DNA of 64,000 nt, taken from positions 16,802,001 through 16,866,000 of the forward strand of contig NC_135253.1 in the NCBI RefSeq assembly GCF_964204865.1, given 5' to 3'. Source of the stretch: Styela clava. Lineage: Eukaryota. Numbering within the stretch: the stretch's first letter is position 1; every line of letters starts with the position of its first letter. Below, one piece after another: positions 11,087-23,663 of the stretch. Position numbers and translations under genes: made by a program. Below the pieces are notes generated by a model that was given only the letters and a program-made list of their open reading frames with translations, was not told where the DNA came from and did not search any database.

Positions 11087-14000
11087 ACTATTGATAGGGC
11101 CTCTAGTACGGTCCATGCATTTATATCAATAATATGTAAATATGTCTGCAGACTGCAGAGGCGATCATCCGCATTCGAGGTAATATTTAAATATTGTATA
11201 CAATTCACTTCACTCAACAATATCGAAACATTTTGATTCAAATGCTGTCTGTTTGAAATTCTGTTAATGCATCTTTCAATATTAATGTTGCTGTCGATGA
11301 GCACGTACTCACAATCTGTCGTCTCTTACACAATATTATCACAGCAGACAGCACCTCATCTCGGATTCTTATCGCAACTTGTCGACTTTTATATGATTTT
11401 TCACAGATCTATAGTGATTGCTCATATACGACGAAGACGAGAATTGAAAATCAATTGAGGCAAGTCTAGTCAAACTCAATTTTCGCTCAGGTAAGTGAGA
11501 CAGTGGGAAGCAGCAAGTCGAAACATTTACAAATTGTGTAATGTTCTGATCTAAATGAGCCATCTTCCAATGTTACAGTTCACGACTGAGTCATTTCGCA
11601 TTAATCAAGTCGAATCAGTCCAAATATATACGTCATTTGAATATATTTTTCGTTTCCAAAAAATGTTACTCAAGTATAACCCGAGTCGACACACATGCCA
11701 ACCCTTTTCATACGATATTCTGTGGAAAGATAATCTGAGCATAAACAATAAATAACACTTCATGTTTATACATCCAACAGTAATTGTCATAAAAGTGTGG
11801 TGGCATATTGCTAAACGAGATTAGATAACACTTTTTAAACACCTCGGGTCCTAGCTCAGTCTGGCAAGACAACAATCCAGTAAATTGCGGTATAAACGAA
11901 AAACATAAACTGAGTAATCAGACTGAACCAGTGGCTATCACTTTCGCCTAATTTAATTGGAATATCTGATTAGAGATCTTAAGTTGTTCTAGTCAGGGTG
12001 TAAGAAGTCTGTCTTTTTGTTGTTTTGAATGATGACAAGGTATCAACTCCTTCATTCATATATATTGCCTCGAAAAATGTGAACTAGTGGGTAAACCGTA
12101 GCACATATAGAACTTAACTATATTTGCATCGCATGGTTAAGATCTCGGACGAAAACCCATGAGACTACCTTGTAAAGGTGTGATAAATTGGGTAGGCAGT
12201 ACCGGACAAGAAAGATAAGGGCCCTTCCTAAAATAGTATCCTACTGCGTAGAATTGGCTGCTTGAAGAGCCTCGTTTGCAGTGTAAGTATGATGAACGTC
12301 TCATAAAACAAAAATTATGTATTGGTCTCACTAAGAGCTTCATTCAACTATTGGTAATAACAATATCGGATAATTTAATAAGTTTAAGCATAGTGGCGAT
12401 TTTTTCACATCGGCTATGGAAAGGCGTTGTAAAATTGTTTTTAAATTTACTTGTTACTCTGACAGTATTGAGGTCGGGGTTGCTACAAATCCCATATCAT
12501 GCAAGTGTCAGCTCTGTCACAGCAATGAATCAAATCGTCGTCCTTAGCAAGTCCGTGGCAGCTTGTGACTCAACTATCAGTCGCATATTATGGCTTTTAA
12601 ATGGTGACACACAATTGAATTTTATCAGTAGTTAATATAACACAAAAAGCAAAACCATTACGCTGCAATGTTTTATTGTGTTTATCCTACATACAATTAT
12701 TTTCCGATCAATTTGCTTTAAGTAAATTGGGTGAAAATTGCTGCCAAATCATCCCATTCTTTGTTGCCAAATGTGTTGAGGAAAGGATACTCATATGGAT
12801 GTTCAGTCGTTTATATTAGCATTCGGTTCTCAAAGTTCGGAAGGAAAATTCTGCAATTTTAAAAGTAAAACAACTCATGTCATACATACTTGAACTTGAA
12901 AACTCGCTTTGTCACTGATTTAATAACAATTTATCGATCGCCTACGACATATTGAATAATTTTTGCATTGATTACACATAGGGTGGCAAAAACCCATACT
13001 GTATATATATATATATGGTATATGACAACCCTGATTATCTTGTCCCAAATTCCACAATCAGTTGTGTTAACTCTATGTATATCTTACATAATATTATGAA
13101 AATACCTAAAAAATACACAATTTGGGTAATTAATATGACTCTTAGATTCTAGAAGCCAATGTGAGTTAAGGAGTAAAAGTTAAAACCGAGCTATACGTTG
13201 TAACTTTGGAATGTGAACAACGGATAAGCTATAGCGTGACGGAAATGCCGATGATTTCGTCTCGAGAAATGTTTTTATTCGTCGGTTGTCTGGAAGAATA
13301 CGTCATTCTTAGTTAAACAGTTATGTCTGTGCGATGTGTCTAGTGAGGCCCAAATACTATCACAATCCAGAGTCTGTGTGTGCTTGCGAAGTAAAGTAGG
13401 CATCCGACAGAAGTGAGTTTTAGAGAAAACAAGTTCCCACACAGGTGAAGTTCAGAATTTACCTTGTAGCGTGGGAGACATGGGAATGATCAAAATATTA
13501 TTGTGTCGAGCTTATGCTAAAGGCCTGAATGCTACCAAGAGCAGAGGTATATACTGTACAGCTGTATATAACTCAAAAACTGCTTTTGGATTGTTGAGTC
13601 CGGTAGGTCTGTAGGTTATAAAAAGTAATCCTCAGATAGTGTCAGAGTGTGTGTTTTATTGCCAATCATCCAGTGTTGTAGTTCAGAATATTAAAAAGAA
13701 TTGGTGTTCATGTTAATTAGGTTGGTAAGACGCCATGTTCGATTTCGGAAAATATACAGCGAGATCAGGTTGTTGTAGTAAGCAAACACCCTATGACTCA
13801 CTTGAGTAATTATATGAATAGTGATTAACCTTTAGTAATTGATAGTTTTGTCATTTCGATATAATTTGTATAATATTCATATATGGAAGAACATTCATTT
13901 AATTTCTGACCTGATAAGTCGCACTAATTCGAAATTTAGTCTGTGTGGAATTGATGACTCAAATCTAGTCAAGTACTGAACGTTGTTGGAAAACACAGTT

Positions 14001-14689
14001 AACCGTAATATCTGAGTCTTCAAATATTCAAACGCAACTGTTTGAAAAGTCACATCTGGTTTTGATGAAATTTTATAAGCGACAGAATATGGGACACAGA
14101 TAATGCGCGCTATTCGATTGTCTACCTCGGGGACTTGATACGAATTCATCGGTTTTGTATCGTTTCCTGTCGACAATGGTGTGTACTTAAGTGTCGTACT
14201 TCGCCTTATACGTGACTTTCTGATTTTTAAAATTACAGCTCGACTGCTGAATCAAACATTAAGGTATGTAAAACGCTATTATGGGAAACTAATTAGTAGG
14301 CACAGACCCGACAATTGAAACGGCAACTCTTGCGATAGACATATAAAGAACGGTGTTTTCGACGATGATGTTATTTACCAGAATTTGACCAATGTAGAAC
14401 ATGAACCATGGATAAAATACGACTTACCGGTGCATTTTACAACTTGCGATTGCTTGACACAGTGTTGATACCAAACGAGCACAGTAAGTTTTGTAATTGC
14501 AAATAAATTGTAAAGATTTTAACATTCGGGTCATGCCGGAGACAAGCGTGTATTATGTTATTTCGTTTATACTTTTAAATGATCTTTCATGTACAAAAAC
14601 TACTTAGTCAACGATAATAGTTTATAAATTAGGAAGGAGTCGTGTATTGAACGGAATTACCAAACTGAGCCAAATAAATTATGCTGCAC

Positions 14690-14866
14690 AAACATATTTA
14701 AATAATTTTGTCGATTTCAATTCTATAATTTGCTCCCAATAAGTCATATGATTTATATTTTATCTCCGGATATGCTACATAAACATATTTAAATAATTTT
14801 GTCGAATTTCAATTCTATAATTTACTCCCAAAGGGTCATACGATTTATATTTTATCTCCGGATATG
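14690..14866. repeat. Tandem duplication of a ~91-bp AT-rich unit
   Basis: AAACATATTTAAATAATTTTGTCGA...TTTATCTCCGGATATG occurs twice in tandem with a few substitutions. Confidence 0.85.
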
Positions 14867-15243
14867 AAATTTATATTACGCGATAACACGTACTCCCTAG
14901 AGAACGCGGTTAGTATGTCGATAGAATAATAGACTTGGCGTTTTTTAAAATAACAATCTGCCGGTGGTTCATATAAATGTAAGACAGTTTTGGGAGTAAT
15001 GAACAATTTTATATGTTCAATATTTTCCAGTAGGACGATATTCCTCCCCGAGAGACGACATAATACAAAAACTTTTCCGAGAAAGAGTAAACTCTGCGAA
15101 ATTGCTGGTGGAAGCAAAATAAACATTCATTCAGTCGATATTTCATCAAAATACCTAAATACAAACAAAGCAAGTAATACCCGCCATAAAATTCAATCGC
15201 ATTTATAACCTTACAGTTACGAGTTTATTATTAAAATTATAAA

Positions 15244-17079
15244 ATGACAAAAACAGATGAAGAACTTGATAATCTTATTGCGCTTTTGAGCAAGAAGATA
15301 ACTGAATCTGATTTCCCGCAACTACGAGATGCTTCAAAAGATGAGGCAATCAAGGAGTGCGATCTCAAGCGTTTGTCGTCACCAAAGGAATGGTTGACAT
15401 TTCTTCGTGAAAAGAACCTTTTGTCCTCAGGTTGGTAATTTGAAGTTTTAGGAAATTGATAAAAAATTATTTTAAGTGCAAACCAGTTCATTGCTATTAT
15501 TGTCCAGACTCTAATTTTTGTTACTATTCGAATAGGAAAACAAACGAACAATCAAAACTGGCTTGAAGTTAAAACCAGTAAATTAGCTGTATAATATATT
15601 ATAATATATAATATAATAGACCTTAAGTCATTTGAAGCTTGTCCCACACAGGAAAAAGTGGTATAAACAAACGATTTTTACATTAGGCCTCATGATCATT
15701 GTTATTTGAGTATAAATTTTTATTTTTCACAGTTGGGGCCAAATTGCGTATTGTTTGTCAAACAGCTCGTTATTTAGTTTTTTTTACTTAACTTAAATAA
15801 AAGGATACTTTTGTGGAACGATTTTAACGACTCCTCAGCCATTATGGTCATGCATTTTGAACGATCCCATGCTAGCTATTCCTGCACCAATAATTAATCC
15901 AGCGAATAATACCTTTTGTATATTGTCACAACACGAACATTCGAGATTAAAAGTCCACTGGAAAACATCGAACTTTCTGGTCTTGGTAAATTGTTTCAAA
16001 AAAACAAAATTTTATTCATTTTACCAAAAGTAAGGAAATATATATTCAAACTTGCTGAAATTTGCAAAGTTTCCCAACGTACAGCACTAAAACTAGCATA
16101 AATGCAAATTTACGCTTTTATAAAAATAAATGCAAATTTATGCTTTAACGACCATATTATTCTCCACATGGCATATTGCTAAAATTTGTTCGTACATGTC
16201 GTGTCATATTTAAAATGATATGGTCAATGAATATTATAATTTATAAAATAATTTTTGTATTGGCAGATGATCCGAGTTTCATCGAACATGTTTTCGAAAT
16301 CTGTCGTAGACCGGACCTATTAACAATTGTTATGGAGTACAGAATATCAAATTTAGGTCTTCAAAACGAAGAGGAATTAGGGAAAAAATTAATCCGGGTG
16401 CGAACCTCAAAAAAATATAAAGGTTCTCCAGGTAAATAAAATATTTATTACAATGCAAATATTGCATTGGCATATTATACAGTTATAAAAATGAAATTAA
16501 ACGGCTAGAGAATTTTGAGAAATATTAAAAAAAGAGTTGTATATATCATCCGTCTTATTAGTCTTGAAAAGCAATTTACAACAAACTCATATATACATGT
16601 ATATATATGTTTATGCGTTATCCCAGTTCACGACAGTTGAGCAATAAATGCGTTCAAATATAATTTGCCAAAACGTGTGTCATATTTGAGAACATTTATC
16701 GAGTCACTTTTATTAATTCATTACTCTAATGTATTTTAAGAAATTGTTGAAGTACCAAACTCCTTCCCAAACTTTATCGGTGAATGCTTCCATGATCATA
16801 TCGACAAGGCTTCATTAATAATTGACACATATATATTTTGTAATGTTACGTTAAACGCGTTACGTTGAACGTATCTGATTCACATTATTTGAAGTACAAC
16901 ATGATGTATAAAAATGTATATAAAATTGTAATATTTATTCATAATATAAAATATATAACGGTAATTATTACTAGCATCTCGTTTTATTTTTAGACCAACC
17001 GGATATCGAACAAGGAGAACCGGCGATAAAATTATCTGCCCCCCCGAAAAATCGACGAAAAAGCTCATCCACTAACTGA
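15244..17079 (+). CDS. PEA15: Astrocytic phosphoprotein PEA-15 orthologue (DED plus C-terminal tail), about 145 aa
   Basis: Exons 15244-15430, 16267-16431 and 16994-17079 (GT-AG, phase 1/1, 438 nt in frame). The protein ...ITESDFPQLRDASK...EWLTFL...DDPSFIEHVFEICRRPDLLTIVMEYR...EEELGKKLIRVRTSKKYKGSPDQPD...AIKLSAPPK matches human PEA-15 ([26 protein letters not shown]...LTRIPSAKKYK...IKLAPPPK). A possible 5' UTR intron spans 14484-15216. Confidence 0.93.
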
Positions 17080-17211
17080 CTCATTCCCATGGGATATTCG
17101 TTTACCAGATTGAGAGTATAGCCGTAACATTTCATATTACAATACAAATTTGTGTAATTCTCGTCATAATTACCATACTTATCAATGTAATTATTTTTAG
17201 CTGCTTTTTTT

Positions 17212-17443
17212 CGGTACTCCCGTAGTATGTGAACCAAGATGGCGGACACCGGGACGTAGTATGTGTACCAGGTTAGGGTTAGGCCATAATTTTATTCCAA
17301 TTTTCTTTATTTTAGTTCTATTACGATTTCGGGGACTAGTCAAGTGACATCCGTAGTATTTGTACCTGAAATTATGGCCTAACCCGGTACACATACTACG
17401 TTCCGGTGTCCGCCGTCTTGGTTCGCATACTACAGCAGTACCG
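17212..17443. mobile_element. Palindromic MITE with telomere-like GGTTAGGGTTAGG, in the putative PEA15 3' UTR
   Basis: About 70-bp inverted arms (CGGTACT..GTAGTATGTGAACCAAGATGGCGGACACCGG..GTAGTATGTGTACC.GGTTAGG and their reverse complement), inserted in a T-run. Confidence 0.85.
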
Positions 17444-18971
17444 TTTTTTCTTACTAGCTATGATAGCTTTTGATAAAAAAAATAATAAGTTACTTAAAGT
17501 CTCGAAAACAATGTAGCAAACTATTTTTCACGGTATTCTGACGCATGATATTCGTAAGATTTGTGCAACTGATTTTATGTAGCGTTTTACACCTTTTATT
17601 GGAGCGAAGCTTTACCAAAAAGCAATCGATACGTAAGCTGCGGTTATTACGTGTTGTAAGTACCAATATATTTCCGTACCCACACGGTTTATTTACACAC
17701 TGAGTGGCCTGCAAGGTGTTGAATCTGATATTGGAGCATTGTTTTTACTGCGTTGTGTTTATTTGAGCGCGGGTTCGCTGCACATACTTTGATAATGTAA
17801 ATTTTTGATGCTTTTTCTGTATCATTTGCTATCTGTGTAATTTATGTCGTTTATCTGTGAATACATTTGTGCTGAAAATTTCCGCGTGAAACTGTATCTA
17901 GGCTTCGTGTCATTTGTAAGATTCATTCTGAGTACCATCAGCGTGACTTGTGATAATGTGAGGGTGAGTGTACATTTTGTTTAGTATAGTAAAATGTATT
18001 CAAAATCGCTAAACAAATTTGATATTCAAGTTTTTTCAAATAAAAAATGTTCATGAATTAATTTCCAGCTTTCTGTTATTATTATTATCTTAATTTTTTT
18101 CCCACTTATATATTTTGACACTTTAAAAATCGAAATGATGTTAAATGCCAGGAGACGAACTTGCGACTATTCATAGTTCAGTTTTACTTCCGAGCTTCCC
18201 TGTCAAATGAAGCAATTGGCACCCATCCAATCATTTTCTTGCTACGTAAACACGCGATTAAACAAACTAAAAATAAAGCTTTGCTAACGTTATTAGAAGA
18301 AAGATTTGAAAAAATTACGCTTGATCATAAATAATAACTCATAAAAACAATTCTTCATTGAGCATATAAATGCACGGCTGTCATAGTAACATCTTTGTTG
18401 AAATCGACTCGCTGTAGAGAAAACTTTACTGTTAGATGTAAAAATCATCGACCGAATAGTGTTTAATAATTGCATTTTTTGGATGTTTTTATTCAACGTT
18501 CTGTGCCATCAGAAAAAGATTGTAAGTTGATTTTGTCTTGAATATGCAACAAATGCAACTTTTTCAAATATAAAGTCCGTAGCGAGACGTAAACAAGCCA
18601 ATATGCGTCATATCAATGAAATGGCTGAGTGTGTTATATCCTTGATGAATAACAAAAATATCCCATTAATATCATATGCAGAGCCTGGCCATTTGATGAA
18701 AATGCCGAGCGCGGTCAATGATATGTCTTACACAAGCTCATATTCAGCTTCAATCTACTCACCCATTCAATCAGAGCGTAATCGCGTGATATATGCCGAT
18801 ATACCCAGCTATTTACTCTCAAAGGCCCACTCTCCACAAAAATAACCATAAATATTATTTTACCATTTTGATATAATATAACTACATTATTTTTTGAATA
18901 GAGCGGAAAAACATCTGGAAGTAGTAATTTGGAGTCAAAATATCATAGTAAAAACATATTTGGTAAAACGA

Positions 18972-20066
18972 CTATGAAGTCGATGGAGTGGATGCAATAT
19001 TTTGTTTACAAAATACCGGCATGTATAGATTCATATAATTCTCGGTACTGAGAGCATGGAGGATAGGATTTAAAACCATGTGTAACATTGATAGCGGATG
19101 AGAAATAAAAATAACATATTTAATCAAACTATTAATGGCAGTAGGGACAGGTGTATTATTATTTACAACGTTATATATAGCAAGTCCATACCATACCATG
19201 TCGGCCGAAGCAAAAAGAATGAGATAAAATATAAACACAACCAATATCATTCCGATATGCTTAGCAGTCTTTGCATATTTTTCTTTTCTCCCTACCTTCG
19301 GGCGGCAGAGGCGATAAATAATAGGTGGATACGTTACAAGTACTACCAAAGCTGTAATGCTCATTGCCACTAATACGAGAAGCATTGCACAATTCATATA
19401 CAACTCATCAGTGATCAGACCGATGTCTCTTTCATCGTTCTTCATTTTGAGCATTCTCAGACCTATCGGTGCTATGTGAAGCGGTATAGTTGCTCCTATG
19501 GAAAGAATTAAGCAAAAAATGGACATCCATACACCCGTTTTATTCTTCATCCAATCTCTTGCTTTGAATGGAAAAAATACGGCAACAAACTTCAAAATCG
19601 ATAAAGAGGAAACAATTAAATTTGCAAATATTCCCGATGTTGTCAGCAATGTAGACCTCATTTTGACGTAAAATTCCATAGTTTCTTGAAATGAAAGATG
19701 ATGTACGTAACTATAAATCTCCACTCCTACAAAAACTGTTAAAGCGATCACGTCCCCGATTACAAGACTCAACACCAACACGTTAGTTGCAACATTGAGT
19801 ATGGTTTTTCTATAGCGAACAATCAATGCTAATAGAAAAATGTTTGCAATGTACCCAAATATTACAACAATCCACCAAAGAATGTCCGATACCAGCAGAA
19901 ATATTTCCATGTCTTCAACAAGCTGTGCAGCATAATTTGTAAGCGCAACATAGTTATTGATAAAACGAGTTTTTGAGCCTGGATTTACTCCCACCGTTGT
20001 AGTATTACTGTCGTCATTCGGATTTACTGTTGAAACCAAGTCGAGGGGGAATATTGACCCATCCAT
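18972..20066 (-). CDS. Intronless, atypical rhodopsin-class (class A) orphan GPCR, 364 aa
   Basis: Seven hydrophobic segments. TM1 GYIAN, TM2 LSLVIGD, TM3 end SILKFVAVFFP (DRY replaced by LKF), TM4 W, TM7 LNPILH. N-terminal N-glycosylation sequons. A splice acceptor lies a few bases upstream of the ATG. Confidence 0.9.
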   Translation of the reverse strand: MDGSIFPLDLVSTVNPNDDSNTTTVGVNPGSKTRFINNYVALTNYAAQLVEDMEIFLLVSDILWWIVVIFGYIANIFLLALIVRYRKTILNVATNVLVLSLVIGDVIALTVFVGVEIYSYVHHLSFQETMEFYVKMRSTLLTTSGIFANLIVSSLSILKFVAVFFPFKARDWMKNKTGVWMSIFCLILSIGATIPLHIAPIGLRMLKMKNDERDIGLITDELYMNCAMLLVLVAMSITALVVLVTYPPIIYRLCRPKVGRKEKYAKTAKHIGMILVVFIFYLILFASADMVWYGLAIYNVVNNNTPVPTAINSLIKYVIFISHPLSMLHMVLNPILHALSTENYMNLYMPVFCKQNIASTPSTS

Positions 20067-20513
20067 TGGTATCTAAATGAATAAGACAAGCTGCTAAAAA
20101 GAAGAGGACCAGTTATTTTTCACAAAATGATTTGGTGGATAGAAATAGAACCCAAATCAAACATAGAACTGTTTCACGAAACAATCTCATATATGGTATC
20201 AATTCTATCGTTTTAATTCAAGTGTATTTAGCACTGCTATTTGAAGATTGCTAAGAATATGTATAAAAGTAAATAAAACTTTCATGTTTGACACGTGTGA
20301 TATAGCTTGATTACGTGCAGCTGTATGGACCCGACCCTTGACCCCAGAAAAATTCTCTACTCTATATTGCGAACTTTTTTATGCGCATATTACGAATGTT
20401 TTGGAGAGCTGGCTCTTAGACGCTGGTTTACATGTTCAAAACCATCTCCTTAATTAAAATTATTCAACCACGTGGCTGCGAGACCAATTTTTGATTACTG
20501 CCATTACTGCCTC

Positions 20514-20562
20514 TAAATACTTCGATTGTCAATATATCCTATATTGACAATCGAAGTATTTA
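20514..20562. repeat. Perfect 23-bp-arm inverted repeat (hairpin) with a 3-nt loop
   Basis: TAAATACTTCGATTGTCAATATA-TCC-TATATTGACAATCGAAGTATTTA. Confidence 0.95.
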
Positions 20563-22679
20563 ACTATTTTTGGGAACACAACTGAAAACAGGCACATATC
20601 ACGCAAAACTACGAAAACGAGGCAATGTTTACAACCATGCTTGAATATCTGTCTGAGCGACTGCAGAAATTGTAATTGTTACGTCATTGACCACTTATTG
20701 CTGGTTGGTTGTGATTACGACAATAAACAAGGAAATCGATACTCGGGGAAACATCCATTATATGTAAGGATGGCAATTTCGGTTATAATGCATTGACTGT
20801 TGATGAGACAAAATTGATTGGATAACCACCGAATTTTACTGAAGCTTTCGGCGGTATTTTTCAACAATACCAAAGGGGTTTCATATTTACGACCTGAATG
20901 CGCACTTGTTGAATGTCGTTTCATAGCCGTTCTCAAAATACAGTCAAGGAACTACGGTAGATTCACGAGAATTTATCCTGACTGATAACTCATTGCTTAA
21001 TTTCTATATTTTTAAGTGTTAACTATCTAACTAATATCGGTTAACCAATCAAGAGGCTAACCATTGTCCTTCATAAATATATTAGATTTTGCAATGTATG
21101 CACGATATAATTTAGTATCCTGTAGCATTGTATTCTGGATATAAACATTACAAAGTCCACTGTTTCTGACTGAATACTCTAATGTGGATAGATACCACGT
21201 ACAAACTATAGGTGGTAAATTGACCAATTATTAATTGAGAAAAGTCATAATTCACTCTGCCTCAGGCTACCATTCTCATACATTTAATCATTAAATACAA
21301 GTCTAATATAGCTGATTTTCATATAATTATATTTTGTAAAATTAACAAGAATTGGCGAATGCTGTGGTTTCCTGTGTGATAATATAAAGTGTGTCCAATA
21401 TAGTGTGAATAATTTTGTTGCTAAGATGTGTATATGTTCAAATAACTGTTTACTACATCTGGCATTTAGAATGGAATCACTAAGAGCGAACAGGGAAAAT
21501 CTCATAATGAGTGTGTTTAACTGGTCAATAATTAGGTACATGTGTTAATAAATATTTTTGTGTGGTTAAAAATAAGTTTACTTCGCTTTTCTCATTTTTT
21601 CATTGCCAAAAAAGGCTTCTAGTTTATTCGGGGCATATTTTTCAGTCAGAAATTTGAATACATGGTACCGTCTTTTAGTATTTTATAATGTGTTTTGTCC
21701 TATATTTAATATGGAATGAATTTCGCAAAATCAGTTCAGATTTTGACTTATGTCATGTGACTCCGACCTCTCCGTACAGTATGTTTCCTTATTTTGTCCG
21801 CTTTGGAAACGATCCTGCTTTGACGACTTCTCAGCAATTATTATCCTTGCGTTTCAAGTTTTCATTTCCGTATACATTTAATGACGTTCACTAATCCGGA
21901 TGCCGGATCGCATAGAGACACCGTACATATTATGTATTATGTACAAGAATTGAATCGCATAATAAGCTATGAAAAGCAAGAAATTTTCGTCCGATTCTTC
22001 GAGTTCGTCAAACGTTTTGTATTGTACCCTTGACAGGGTAATCCTAATTCCTCTGGTCTAATTCATGGAGGAGAAGCAATGCAGGAAACTATGCTATCAA
22101 TATCACCTATAGGTATTATCGTCTGGTAGTACAAGGAACTGATTCTGTTAGACTTCAGTGGTCAAGAGTTATCAAAATTCACAGTAACCATCTATAGTCA
22201 ACTCAGTCTCTTTGTAGTTGCTAGAGGAGAACCGATATGCGATCTGCGATCCGATGGTAATATACAAATTTATACCGTGAAAAGTTTGTAGCTGACAACT
22301 AAAATGTATATTAAACATGTCTTTTTTTGCAGATCAACTTGAATCTGAATAGGAGAATTAGTTATAGCTTTATTTTGAACCACCGCGAATTGACGTCACG
22401 TCCTATTAGTGACAAAAAAAACATGATCTCTTTCGAAGCTTTTTAAGCCTTCCACGAATTCAGGTAAAAATCTACAATTGTCACGCATTCTCGCCTAAAC
22501 AACTAATCGTATAGACGCCAAGTATAAAATTCATTGTATCACATACAATTTTAGGAATTGTATGATAACGCGAAAAAATGATTTGCAGTAAAGTGGGATT
22601 GACCGTGTAGGACACAGTAGAAGAATTCGAAAAACTTCTACAACTGTTGCGTGCCTTACAGAGAATGTGGTAGTATGAA

Positions 22680-23663
22680 ATGGAATCAACCTTACAAAAT
22701 ATCGTAAACAATAAACCAAAGAATGCCAGGAGCATATTTTCCGATAATGAATATGTTATATTAGCGACTTACACTATTCAACTCGTGAAAGATAACACGA
22801 CACCTATTGCATCTCGGGTTTTGCTGTGTACTGTAACTGTATGTACACATCTGGTCAATTGATTTTATGCTTGCTCTCATTATGTAGGAACAGGAAAGTT
22901 TTATTAAAGACTGCAGTCAACCTACTATTGCTGGGATTAGCTATATGGAAGTTGACAATGCTTGTCGTTATGAGCTGTTTCGAAGAATATGAATTGGTAT
23001 ACCTGAATTTATTCGACTATACAAAGTTGTACTTAAAAAAATGAAATCTTCGATGATGACGACCTTAGGGATCTTCACCGCTTTATATCTTCTGCCATAT
23101 AAGTTCGTATGAGTTATCCATTTAAAGCAAATATTTGGCTGAGGAGACAGAACGGTGTTTGGATTATATCGGTCTCAGCTCTTTCTGCGATAGTCTTAAC
23201 CATACCATTGTATGTGTTAATGTTTAACGGTATCGAAGGGAGCATAAGTGAAGAAACAATCACTGGAGAATCGTATATTCAATATCCTTTGGTGATCGAT
23301 GCCATTGCTTTGACAGTTGCTATTATGTCAGTCACATCCACACATTCGTTCATGATGTACTTTCTGTGTCAACGAAAATGGGAAGAAAAAAGAAATATGT
23401 GGATGCTGTTAAATATGTTTTAATGTTGCTGATTGCGGTTTGTATTTACTTGAGCTTGGTAGCTTCTACAGACATGGCGTGGCTTGTTCTCGATGTTGCG
23501 TCTCATCCACCTTTTTCCAGTTTTGTGAACAAATTATTGAAAGTAGTTGTGTTTTTTTTCTCTGTCACTTACGATTATTCATATGATTTTAAATCCAGTT
23601 TTTCATGCGTTTATCACGGAAAAATTCACAGAGTCGTTCGGAATATTAGTTTGCAAGAAGTGA
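22680..23663 (+). pseudogene. Frameshifted paralogue of the neighbouring atypical GPCR
   Basis: Fragments in different frames match the 18972-20066 protein: YPFKANIWLRRQNGVWI (FPFKARDWMKNKTGVWM), TIPLY (TIPLH), KMGRKKKY (KVGRKEKY), ASTDMAW (ASADMVW), IHMILNPVFHAFITEKF (LHMVLNPILHALSTENY). Several frameshifts. The start is approximate. Confidence 0.85.

Noticed and set aside
12137-12635. ORFs at 12137-12635 and a minus-strand Cys-rich stretch (HCCDRADTC) reminiscent of a three-finger domain end
   Set aside because: There are in-frame stops, no consistent splice structure and no further motif support.
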